The notes below the pieces were generated by a model. The model saw nothing but the letters and a program-made list of their open reading frames with translations, did not search any database and had not been told where the DNA came from. A DNA stretch of 64,000 nt, taken from positions 1 to 64,000 of the IMG/VR virus record IMGVR_UViG_3300037245_001773; one strand, given 5' to 3'. Origin of the DNA: a virus. The translations under genes and the position numbers were made by a program. Positions within the stretch are counted from its first letter, which is position 1. Every line of letters begins with the position of its first letter. Below are positions 55,603 to 64,000 of the stretch, one piece after another.

Positions 55603-55716
55603 TTTTTCTCCTTAAAAATAAAAAGCCAAACCTAACAGAGCTGTCCAGCAAGCAGTAAATACTATTTGCACTCCGGGAGATTTGGCTTTTTAAGTTACTG
55701 CGCACTGGACAATATT

Positions 55717-55745
55717 AACGTACCATTATGATATACTAAAGTCAA
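55717..55745 (-). promoter_or_regulatory. Sigma70 promoter followed by a structured leader
   Basis: TTGACT-N17-TACGTT. Confidence 0.55.
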
Positions 55746-55748
55746 GGT

Positions 55749-57350
55749 TTATCGATTCCGACGACGACTCAAAGCCTCAAGCATGGTTATTTCAGTGTTG
55801 ATGTGCTCCGCTAATCCACTGACCGCGTCAGGTGCGTCATCATGAGCGTTTCCGCCTTCTTTCGAGTATTTCATAAGGGCCTCTGAGAAACCAGTCCAAT
55901 GTTTGTTTCTGGTTCTCCAATCAGCCGGAAAATAAACATACTTCATAACCGTGTTCGAATTCGCGTTGATCCTGGCGTTCTTATTCTCTGACTGGTGAAA
56001 TGACTCGATGTAAATCTTTTCCTTTGGGTAGTTGGCCCTTATAGCGTTCTTAACATTCGTAGCGTAATACCCCCCGCCTGCCTGGGACTCTACTTTTACA
56101 TTCACGCTGTTCTGGATATTATTCTGAACCAGAAAATCAACCATCATTTCTTCGGTTACTTCGAGACCTTCCTGAGTATAAAGAACGTCTAAGATATATG
56201 CCTTTTTAATTGGTATCCCGAATGCATCCTTACCGTATTTGATCCCTCCGAATGGAGAGCACAGAAAATCAGACCCCATATCAGCCGTATCGATATAGCA
56301 AAACATCTCATCAAATGTTTCTGGCTGTTCTTCTGCAGTATAGAAATTAAAAGAGGTATACAGCTTCCCGGCCATTCCTAATCGCTGGCACAGATAGTTT
56401 CCGGATAGGATAATGGGATCCAGTCTCGATGTCAGAATATCAAACGCTCTTTTGTCCAGGATATCTTCACACAGCATTCCCTGGGTTTCAGTGTAGGCTT
56501 TGCAATTGAATATTTTTATAATCTCTCCAGAGTCAACCGCACCTTTAATTATTCTATCTCCCGGGTCCCCTTCTATCCATGGGGTCATTACCAGGATTTG
56601 TTTTCTCGGTTTTTCGAGACGTGACAGCCATGAATTCGAATATGCATTCCAGACCTTATCAAGATGGTTTTCATTAAATGCTTCAAGACTTCCTTTGATC
56701 GGGTCGTCGATTATGATTAAGTTTCCACCCTTACCCATAATTCCTGCCATGATACCAGCGCCAGTATATGACAAAAATGTACCCTCAAGTGCCCACCTTT
56801 CTTTCGATCTGTCACCGTGTTTGGTTCTGGTTTCCGGGAATATGTCAGGGTAGATAATATCAAAAGGTTTTATTCTGACTTCCTCGATTCCGTCCCTTAC
56901 ATACTGGCTGAATTCATTTGCTAGTTTTGAATTATAAGACGCCGTGATCATGATCTGTTTAGGATCTTGTCCTAAAATCCAGCACTCGAAATTGATTAAC
57001 GAATGGGATTTATGGTGCCGGGGCGGAACTTCTACAATCAAGATATCTGTTCCGGACGTATCGACCGTGATTAATGTTTTGTCGTTTTGATCTTCAAGTT
57101 CTACTTTAATTGTGCATTGTGACAGGTCAAGTAATTCATGGTGCTCGATTGGTAGGTTTGATAGATAGCTGACTGGCTCATCCTGGTAGAACGACTGTAG
57201 GCAGAGTGATAGGATTATCAGGTAAGTTCTGTCTTCTGTGTAGTCTTGCGGGGCTGTGATTTTTTGGAATTCCCATAAACTCTCTCTTGCCGCGAATATT
57301 TGATCAAGTCTTTCAAGCTCAAGGAGTTCTCTTTCTTCGGCTTCATTCAT
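55749..57350 (-). CDS. terL: Terminase large subunit
   Basis: PPRHHKS Walker A variant, ASY...LA..FS, LIIIDDPIK, IDTA..G.D, VESQAGG, HDDAPDA. Confidence 0.95.
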   Translation of the reverse strand: MNEAEERELLELERLDQIFAARESLWEFQKITAPQDYTEDRTYLIILSLCLQSFYQDEPVSYLSNLPIEHHELLDLSQCTIKVELEDQNDKTLITVDTSGTDILIVEVPPRHHKSHSLINFECWILGQDPKQIMITASYNSKLANEFSQYVRDGIEEVRIKPFDIIYPDIFPETRTKHGDRSKERWALEGTFLSYTGAGIMAGIMGKGGNLIIIDDPIKGSLEAFNENHLDKVWNAYSNSWLSRLEKPRKQILVMTPWIEGDPGDRIIKGAVDSGEIIKIFNCKAYTETQGMLCEDILDKRAFDILTSRLDPIILSGNYLCQRLGMAGKLYTSFNFYTAEEQPETFDEMFCYIDTADMGSDFLCSPFGGIKYGKDAFGIPIKKAYILDVLYTQEGLEVTEEMMVDFLVQNNIQNSVNVKVESQAGGGYYATNVKNAIRANYPKEKIYIESFHQSENKNARINANSNTVMKYVYFPADWRTRNKHWTGFSEALMKYSKEGGNAHDDAPDAVSGLAEHINTEITMLEALSRRRNR

Positions 57351-57910
57351 TTATTCCTGAGTTGCTTTATTCTTTCCTGAACATCTTCGCGGGTCATCCC
57401 TTTTGTTGGATCGTTAGCGTCATTTTCTTTTTGTTTATCCTCTCTATCCATACCAAGGGCTTTCCTTGCCCCTTCATACCCTAGTTTCAGTGCTTCAATT
57501 GCTGTCTTGATTGCCTTTGCGCTTTCCCATATCCGGCTGAACTCTTCCTTTGTTACTTTTAATTTCTTTTTTTTGACTGGATCACTTTTCGACGCTTCGT
57601 TGTAGGCAGATGCTAATTCAGAGGCAGGCATCAGGCTAAGCTTTCTATACTTCTCGATATCTTCTAGAAAATTGGTTGTTATTTGCGTGGCTAAATCAAC
57701 TTGTTTATTGATTATCTTATCCAGTGACCGATTTTCTGTTGCCTTGTCTATTTCTGTACGATTCTTGCCATATACCCACCCTTCCGATGCCGCGATTTTG
57801 TAGATTGTGGAGCGTGTAAGCTTGTGTTTGTTTGCTATGTCGCTTTTTGTCAGTAAACCGGCTTCAAAATCGACTTTGATAACGGTTTTTTTTTGGTGGG
57901 ATATTGCCAT
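57347..57910 (-). CDS. terS: Terminase small subunit
   Basis: N-terminal HTH (DIA.KH.L.RSTI.K.A..EGW), helical body, coupled to terL. Confidence 0.75.
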   Translation of the reverse strand: MAISHQKKTVIKVDFEAGLLTKSDIANKHKLTRSTIYKIAASEGWVYGKNRTEIDKATENRSLDKIINKQVDLATQITTNFLEDIEKYRKLSLMPASELASAYNEASKSDPVKKKKLKVTKEEFSRIWESAKAIKTAIEALKLGYEGARKALGMDREDKQKENDANDPTKGMTREDVQERIKQLRNK

Positions 57911-58069
57911 TTATCTATTTACTTCAAGTAGTAACAATATCAGTCTTTTAGTAGATGGATGAAATCCATTGTTTTTCCATCTCCATACTGTGTTTCTGTC
58001 AACCTGTAGTTTGCGTGCAAGCTCTGAATCTGTTTTACAACCCAGAGCTTTTTTGATTTCTTCAATCAT
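57911..58069 (-). CDS. Small HTH protein, 52 aa (manual)
   Basis: SELARKLQVDRNTVWRW. Confidence 0.7.
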   Translation of the reverse strand: MIEEIKKALGCKTDSELARKLQVDRNTVWRWKNNGFHPSTKRLILLLLEVNR

Positions 58070-58794
58070 GCTGCGAGTAAATCCTTTTTGATCATGTATC
58101 TTTTACCGAGTGACTCTAATTTATTGATCACTGATTCACGAAAAGATACCCAATCAATTGACTTTGAATGTTGGTGATAGTTGAGCTTTCCAACCTTGTA
58201 AAAATCAACAAATTCATGGGTTGAGTCTATTAATCTCATAACAGCGTCAGGGTCAATCACCGGCTCAAAACTGACAAACGTTTCAATCCCGAGTGTCCAC
58301 GCCTCCATTAATGCTTTTATTCTGTCTTGCGGTAATGCTGCCCCTGGTTCCCATTCCAAGGAAACTGAATCAACATCATGTGTTAGAGAAACGCCAAACT
58401 TTCTATTTTTGAATTTCGTGAGAATATCAAAATCCTTGGTTGCATTAGTCCCGCCTTTTGTCAGGATTACAGGGAATAAATCATATTTGAGCGCGATCTC
58501 AAGAGCTTGACGTGTGATATTTATTTCAGTTTCGCATTTCTGATAAGGGTCTGTTGTGAATGAAAAAAGTATTTCTCTTTGATCTCCTGCGTATTTTTTG
58601 CAGTCTTTTTCGAATTGTTCCAAAACTTTAGCACGTGGCCTAATGTATTCATCTGAATGGAATATTTTTCTGTCTTTGAATGTAGCTGAAGGCGCGTAAC
58701 AGTAGATACATGAATGTGAACAACCTTTATATAAATTTGCTGCAAGGGGGCTATACTCTAACGCCTTACCCTTTGGTTCGTAAATTATAGACAT
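58066..58794 (-). CDS. Radical SAM protein (spore photoproduct lyase-like clade)
   Basis: GCSHSCIYCYA (CxxxCxxC), TDPYQ, ILTK, EP.A....RI, VSFEPVID. Confidence 0.9.
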   Translation of the reverse strand: MSIIYEPKGKALEYSPLAANLYKGCSHSCIYCYAPSATFKDRKIFHSDEYIRPRAKVLEQFEKDCKKYAGDQREILFSFTTDPYQKCETEINITRQALEIALKYDLFPVILTKGGTNATKDFDILTKFKNRKFGVSLTHDVDSVSLEWEPGAALPQDRIKALMEAWTLGIETFVSFEPVIDPDAVMRLIDSTHEFVDFYKVGKLNYHQHSKSIDWVSFRESVINKLESLGKRYMIKKDLLAA

Positions 58795-58880
58795 TTTATC
58801 CTGTTTATTTTCAGAACCGCTTTATTGCTGATCTGTTAAGTAATACTTTCAGTTTGTCGTCATTCTGTCAACACTTATCT

Positions 58881-59432
58881 CTATAATTCAAAAGAAAAAT
58901 AGTTTTTATTTTTTATTCCTTTGTAATGAATCTTAGAAACGCCGTTCAAGGCAAGATAAAGTTTCATCTTATCCATACCGTTTTTATTGAATAAAGTTGG
59001 TATTTTTCTAACCATTTTATTAGGGTATCCGCATTCTTTTAAGAAAGCGCGAGGTAAAGCACCAAACATAGTCTGTATAAACGTTACAAAAACAATTACA
59101 TCTAATTTCTTTTTTTCGTTTTGCATAAATATTATTTTTAATTGCTTGAATGGCACTCCGTAAGCATCTAAGTCTATCACGTCAAATTTACTTAAATCCA
59201 TCCCTTTTAAGAATTTGACATTGTCTCCCTTTAAATATATGCCTTGTTTTTTTTCCTTATCTAATCTTAACACTTGTATCTCTTTATCCGTTTTTTCCTT
59301 AACTTCATCCCATATTTTCCCATCACTTGAAAAAGCGTCCAATACTTTTATTTTACCTTTTCCTGGCAAATGATTTAATCTTAATATCACTTTATCGTAA
59401 AAATAACTATTATCAGTTACTACTTTGCTCAT
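58881..59432 (-). CDS. Rossmann-fold SAM-dependent methyltransferase-like protein
   Basis: VLDAFSSDG motif I and FDVIDLDAYG.P. Confidence 0.75.
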   Translation of the reverse strand: MSKVVTDNSYFYDKVILRLNHLPGKGKIKVLDAFSSDGKIWDEVKEKTDKEIQVLRLDKEKKQGIYLKGDNVKFLKGMDLSKFDVIDLDAYGVPFKQLKIIFMQNEKKKLDVIVFVTFIQTMFGALPRAFLKECGYPNKMVRKIPTLFNKNGMDKMKLYLALNGVSKIHYKGIKNKNYFSFEL

Positions 59433-60015
59433 ATTCTATGCCCTCTATTTTTATGATTTTTTCAATATAATTTTTTATTTCGCTAAATTTTTCAGGGCTG
59501 AAGCTTAAAAGTATATGAGTTTTTTTGTATGCTTTTATTTCTTCCTCTTTTTCCGGTATTTCTTCTATTAACGTTTTTCCAAACTCGGAGCCACTTAATT
59601 CATTGAGTTTAAGATCTTCAAAATCTTGCATTTCGATGCTTAAATCTTCAAGCTGTGAATCCAGTAAATCAATATCCCATTCTCCTTGAATCTTTTCGTT
59701 ATTCGCAATTATACAAGCTTCTTTGTGGGTTTGTTCGTCCCAGTCCACCTCACGGTAATTAAGGCGTTGTCCAGTCGGGAGTGTAATTGTTCCTTCTGCT
59801 GTGGTTCCGGTATCGTCTGAAGTTGAATTGACTTTAATTACTGAATCTTTGTGGATTGTCTTAACCCGGTAGTGGCCTCCGACTAACTGTTCATTGCGGA
59901 TGTTAAATACCACACCGGATAGATCACCGTATTTCAGGATTGATTTTGATAAGCCTTCACCGTCTCCGTGGATGCGCGGATTGTCAGGATACGGTTTTAA
60001 ATCTTCTGTTTTCAT
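59413..60015 (-). CDS. ParB/Srx-like N-terminal domain protein
   Basis: LKPYP.NPR, SI.KYG, VGGH.R, N....GEWD...L. Confidence 0.85.
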   Translation of the reverse strand: MKTEDLKPYPDNPRIHGDGEGLSKSILKYGDLSGVVFNIRNEQLVGGHYRVKTIHKDSVIKVNSTSDDTGTTAEGTITLPTGQRLNYREVDWDEQTHKEACIIANNEKIQGEWDIDLLDSQLEDLSIEMQDFEDLKLNELSGSEFGKTLIEEIPEKEEEIKAYKKTHILLSFSPEKFSEIKNYIEKIIKIEGIEYEQSSN

Positions 60016-60277
60016 ACCCTTAATCTATCATAGGTTAATGATATTGTCCATTTTTGCAAGTTGGTTTTTTCCTGCACACAAGGACGATAGGCAGAGAGTT
60101 ATTTACTGCACACATAGATAAAAGTCAGTTATCAATTATCTGCCATACATAGGCGATAGGCAGATAATTTTCCGTTTTTGTTTTAGTCTGTATTTTCATT
60201 GTGTTGAATAATATTAAGCGCAAAATTATCTCTATTCTCTGACTATCATTAATGTGTGTGTTCTATAGATAGCCATA

Positions 60278-60697
60278 CTATGCAGTTTTCATTTTATCAG
60301 TAAACCCTCTTTTGCCGGGCTTAAATTTTAACCGACTCCTTTCTTTCACAATAAAATCTTCAGTACCGTACTTCTTCCACCGATCGGACAAACCGTAAAG
60401 AGTCCAATTGCCTTTTGCGTGTCCGCCGTACTTCTCAATACTGATAAACCCATATTTGAATAATTCATCAATCGCCCTTGTGAATTTTGAGGCAGGATAT
60501 CCGTGTTTATTGAGTGCGTCTTCATATGTGAAAACCAGTTCTTTATCATTAACGAACTGATAACTTCCATTCATTTTTACAAATCTTCTCTTGCAAAGGA
60601 ACTGGAACAAAATGTACTTTGGTGATCCTGGCAATTCTTTGAAAGCTTTTGATCTTAATAAGCTTTTTTCGATCCTTATTAGGCCACTGCTTGACAT
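60278..60697 (-). CDS. Winged-HTH protein
   Basis: LL.S.AF..L, F.Y, F.RAIDEL...GFI.....GG.......Y.LSD.W; start trimmed to the ATG with AGGGAG RBS. Confidence 0.7.
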   Translation of the reverse strand: MSSSGLIRIEKSLLRSKAFKELPGSPKYILFQFLCKRRFVKMNGSYQFVNDKELVFTYEDALNKHGYPASKFTRAIDELFKYGFISIEKYGGHAKGNWTLYGLSDRWKKYGTEDFIVKERSRLKFKPGKRGFTDKMKTA

Positions 60698-60836
60698 GGA
60701 TAACTCCCTGAAAATCATCAAGATAAGACCGGCTGAAAGAGGTTGTTCAGGGCAACCCCCTTCAATTACTGGCAGCAACTCCACCGGAAGGACTGTGTGT
60801 CTCTTGATATAATCATAAAGGAGTGATCACGCTAAA

Positions 60837-61256
60837 TCAAGTTTTTTCTTGTGCTAGTGGAGGGTAAATAGTGTAGTCAAGTTCTCTGACGCCGATACCT
60901 GCTTTTTCCAGGTTTGCGGCAATGATTTTTCTGTGGCAATCTTCCCGGTCCTTGCACATGCAAATGAAGATGATGTTTTTATCTTCGCCGTTCAGGAGTT
61001 TTTCGATCATCTTCAGGCCACCCGCATAGTTTTTCAATTCGGCCTGCTCGATTGGGGCCCGATAATTCAGATTCCCGAAGAACTCACCGCCTGCAATGTA
61101 CTTCTCCTTGAACGTTCTAATGAAGTTGGACTGTCCCCATGTTTTGTTTCTTGACCAGGGCTTTATCCGAATGTCAATAATGAATGCGTCCAGCTCTTCT
61201 ACTTTTGCAATCAGTTTTTCAATCTTCAGGCCTGTGTATCCAGTTGTGTAAATCAT
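60837..61256 (-). CDS. DUF488-family protein
   Basis: IYT.GY, IDIR..P.S, C.C.....CHR..IA..L. Confidence 0.85.
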   Translation of the reverse strand: MIYTTGYTGLKIEKLIAKVEELDAFIIDIRIKPWSRNKTWGQSNFIRTFKEKYIAGGEFFGNLNYRAPIEQAELKNYAGGLKMIEKLLNGEDKNIIFICMCKDREDCHRKIIAANLEKAGIGVRELDYTIYPPLAQEKT

Positions 61257-61453
61257 TTTTTCCCTTTGAGTTTTAAGAGTTCATCGTAAAATTTTATGGA
61301 ATTCGCCAAGACTTCAGGTATTGCATTTGGATTTTCTCCCTCATACCTTCTCAGCGTGTGATATTTCACGCCGAATACCGTCGCCATCCACTCTTTTGAC
61401 ATTTTACCTGGAAACACTCTCTCTCTAAATTCGCCCATCTGTTCGCCTGTCAT
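61253..61453 (-). CDS. XRE/Cro-like HTH regulator
   Basis: MS...MA..FGV...TL.RYE.....IP; first gene after its promoter. Confidence 0.75.
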   Translation of the reverse strand: MTGEQMGEFRERVFPGKMSKEWMATVFGVKYHTLRRYEGENPNAIPEVLANSIKFYDELLKLKGKK

Positions 61454-61477
61454 TTTTTTCTCCTTTGTATATTATTA

Positions 61478-61506
61478 ATGATACTGTTTTGGGCCTTTTG
61501 TGTCAA
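61478..61506 (-). promoter_or_regulatory. Sigma70 promoter
   Basis: TTGACA-N17-TATCAT. Confidence 0.7.
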
Positions 61507-61543
61507 GTGTTTTGCCAGTTTTTTTGGTGTGTATTGTAGCGCT

Positions 61544-61777
61544 TTATACTAAGAACAGCATGATAATCCATGTGGTAACTGCGGCCGGGATTGATAGTTG
61601 CCCGACCAGAGGTGTAAAGCCAAGGAAAAATCCATGCCACCATAAAACAACGGCTTCTTTTCCGGCATAAACGAGCCATGTGTTAATCGTGTAAGTCCAG
61701 CAAACAGCTCCGATAGCTCCGAAAATTGACAAAATCAAACATATTCCAATTACATAAGCAATGAATTTCATATTCAC
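61544..61777 (-). CDS. Small membrane protein
   Basis: Hydrophobic; W.YTINTWL...GK...P..GQ...P.A..TWI. Confidence 0.7.
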   Translation of the reverse strand: MNMKFIAYVIGICLILSIFGAIGAVCWTYTINTWLVYAGKEAVVLWWHGFFLGFTPLVGQLSIPAAVTTWIIMLFLV

Positions 61778-61887
61778 CTCTTTGGTTTGAGTTTTTGATT
61801 AACTGCTTTTACTCCGTACCGATCTGAATTGAGCGGTAGAGAGTAACAGGCAGTTAAGCCTGCTAGATATCCTCCTTCTTGTTTAGG

Positions 61888-63012
61888 TTACCACTGGATT
61901 TTGACTGGCATTAAAACAGCCAAATACTCGGGCTTGTCCGGGTCCAGGAAAAGGATAGGTTTATCAGGTCCAGCCACGACCATATCAAAGCTTTCTACCT
62001 TTTTGAATATCGCAACGGCTTCTTTGAGAAGGCAAATAGTCAAACCCCATGCTTGGGTTGTGTTTTCATATTCACAATCTATTTCAACTCTGCCTTCCCC
62101 GAATTCTATTTTCTGGGTTTCCATGGTCAAGGAATTATTGCCATTTAAACTCAGCTTTGCAATTGCGTTGGGGTTTGTGTCGGTCAAGACTTGCATCATT
62201 TCCATGGCTTCCAGTGCTGCTTTGGAGTCGATCCGGCAAGGCTGGCCCCCGGCTTGCGTCAGGCTGTCAAGATTTGGATATTCTGCCTCAATCAATCTTG
62301 ACTGATATTTCTGGGTATCATTTTGAATAATCAGGCAATCATCATCAAAATACCAGTCGGAGTCCTGCCAATTAAATATCTGGTTTGATTTGCTGAATGC
62401 CTTTTTGGGGAAAATAACAACCTCCTCAAAGTCATTCGCCAGTGGCAAAAAGTACCTGGCTATCCTGTAGGCGTCTGCTCCTTGGAACATTACCTGTCTA
62501 TCCTTTTGTCTGATATTCAACCCCATCAGGCTTTTCCTGCTCTCGTTTTCACCGATACTGTACAGAACCATTTCAGTAATTTCCTTCAAATGAGCGGCTG
62601 ACAACTTGAATTTCCAGGCCGGTTTTTTGAATTCACATTCAGGGAAAGCGCTTGAATCCGCCCCGGGAAGTTTTGTTGTGATTTTTCCCAGCTTCATATT
62701 GAACCAGTTGTGAACAGTTGTCTCGATCTCAACAGTCTCTGCCTTTGATTTTGACAGCACCTTTTTCAGTTTGTCGGCATTGACTAGGATGGAAGGGTAT
62801 TGCTCACAGTTTTCTTGATCCCGTATTTCATTGAATGCCGGGATAGTTTCCCTGTAAATCTCTTCGTAATCCGTGGCGGTAACTTCGATGCTTGCGCTCT
62901 TGCAGTCAATCCTAAGATTACTGATGATAGGATCAGTACAGGATTTTGGCGCTATCCTGCAGGCGTTTTTGACTGCATCAAGTAAATCTGTTCTTCTGCA
63001 TGTTGCCTTCAT
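61888..63012 (-). CDS. dnaN: DNA polymerase III beta sliding clamp homolog
   Basis: 374 aa; PI.SN, ATD.E, FP, ESR..L.G, D.YRIA, PKK, SRLI...YP, AVLMPV. Confidence 0.9.
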   Translation of the reverse strand: MKATCRRTDLLDAVKNACRIAPKSCTDPIISNLRIDCKSASIEVTATDYEEIYRETIPAFNEIRDQENCEQYPSILVNADKLKKVLSKSKAETVEIETTVHNWFNMKLGKITTKLPGADSSAFPECEFKKPAWKFKLSAAHLKEITEMVLYSIGENESRKSLMGLNIRQKDRQVMFQGADAYRIARYFLPLANDFEEVVIFPKKAFSKSNQIFNWQDSDWYFDDDCLIIQNDTQKYQSRLIEAEYPNLDSLTQAGGQPCRIDSKAALEAMEMMQVLTDTNPNAIAKLSLNGNNSLTMETQKIEFGEGRVEIDCEYENTTQAWGLTICLLKEAVAIFKKVESFDMVVAGPDKPILFLDPDKPEYLAVLMPVKIQW

Positions 63013-63031
63013 GTTTCTCCTGTGGTTTGTG

Positions 63032-63235
63032 TTAAGTATGATTTTTGAAATAATTCAAAATCATACTATCCTGATGAAACGCAGCCATTGCCGCGTCAAT
63101 ATCTGCCTGGTTGACATTCACAGATTTGATCTTTTTGGATGATGCCACGATCAGCCGCCCGCGTTCGAGATTGTAAGTCGTTACGTTCATGCCTTCCAGA
63201 ATCTTGACGTTGATGCTTTCTTGTAAGTGGCCCAT
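63032..63235 (-). CDS. Hypothetical protein
   Basis: GGAG RBS. Confidence 0.55.
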   Translation of the reverse strand: MGHLQESINVKILEGMNVTTYNLERGRLIVASSKKIKSVNVNQADIDAAMAAFHQDSMILNYFKNHT

Positions 63236-63500
63236 TTTATTCTCCGTTGGGTTCCGGGTTGATTCCCGGCTTTGTTGGTTGTTAAACTTCGCTGAAATCG
63301 TTCAGTCCACTGCATGACGGGCAAATCTCTTCGTCATACCCGTAAAGCTCACTGCCACACCAGCCGCATTCCAGGTCTTCCATTTCTATCGTATTCCCAG
63401 ATTCTTTATGGGTTACTTTTGTTATTACCTTTTTTGCCATTTTTGATTTCATTTTCGGGCTCCGTTTGGGGGTTTTTGTTTTTTGTTGTTTGTTAATATA

Positions 63501-63528
63501 ATCTTACCATTTTGGTAGAATATGTCAA
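63501..63528 (-). promoter_or_regulatory. Extended -10 sigma70 promoter
   Basis: TTGACA-N16-TAAGAT with TGn; TACCA-N3-TGGTA palindrome in the spacer. Confidence 0.7.
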
Positions 63529-63654
63529 GTAAATAATCATATTAATTTCCCCACCCTATAGCCTTAGTGCTAGGGGATGTACGGCTGGTCAGTTCGCGGT
63601 GTCCATGCCTTATCCCCCTGTTATGATAACGGTTTTATCGTTTTAAAACGGTTT

Positions 63655-64000
63655 TCAGAATTCAAACTGAGCCCTTATCTCGGTAGCCATATCCTGATAA
63701 GATTGAGACGTTCGCCGGTTCCCCTCGAAATAGCGGTTGTTGATCTTGAAAAAATGGTTGGTGATATTGCTCGTCCAATATTCACACATTCGAAACGCTT
63801 CACAGGATCCGGTAGTCTCCCATTTTTCCGGGGGCAGCAATTCCAACATTTCCCAGTACCGTTCCTTGTCAATTTCATGCCATGGATTTGAGGCGTCGGC
63901 GTCATCCATTTTTTTCGTGATCGCTTCAAATTTGCAGTAAGGGACCAGGACCAGATTCGGCCTTTCCTGCATGTACTCTTTGAATGGTCTTTTCCTAACT
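63655..64000 (-). CDS. DUF1419-like protein (may be 5' truncated by the window edge)
   Basis: W.EI....Y.EMLE.LPP......F.M.E....IT..F..I..RYF. Confidence 0.65.
   Translation of the reverse strand, partial: VRKRPFKEYMQERPNLVLVPYCKFEAITKKMDDADASNPWHEIDKERYWEMLELLPPEKWETTGSCEAFRMCEYWTSNITNHFFKINNRYFEGNRRTSQSYQDMATEIRAQFEF

Larger units (their letters stand above)
1..64000 (-). mobile_element. Tailed bacteriophage (Caudoviricetes, contractile tail) genome segment
   Basis: Terminase, portal, capsid, sheath, tube, baseplate, RecT/YqaJ and replication genes, nearly all co-oriented; no host housekeeping block. Confidence 0.97.

Noticed and set aside
1-64000. Stop-codon reassignment
   Set aside because: Core genes are full length in the standard code, and TAA, TAG and TGA all end coupled genes

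Overview
This window looks like most of the genome of a tailed dsDNA phage with a contractile tail (myovirus morphology). Nearly all genes are on the minus strand. Read from high to low coordinates, it contains: early genes (sliding clamp, winged-HTH protein); a ParB/methyltransferase-like/radical-SAM cluster; the terminase genes; an ~11 kb accessory island (structured ncRNA cluster, Tad1-like sponge, SLT, Lar-like); portal and fibre-like genes; a gp7 minor head gene; an unexplained six-gene cassette built around an apparently catalytically dead patatin; capsid, neck, tail and baseplate genes; a small envelope moron; and a RecT/YqaJ plus initiator/DnaC-like module among many small ORFs. I found no integrase, CRISPR array or reverse transcriptase. 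A probable outer-membrane beta-barrel suggests a diderm host (inference). The strongest candidates for new biology are the pseudo-patatin membrane cassette (33.5-36.8 kb) and a promoter-driven array of tRNA-like RNAs that includes an apparently circularly permuted tRNA-like element (50.5-51.1 kb). All family calls come from reading motifs by eye, not from database searches.
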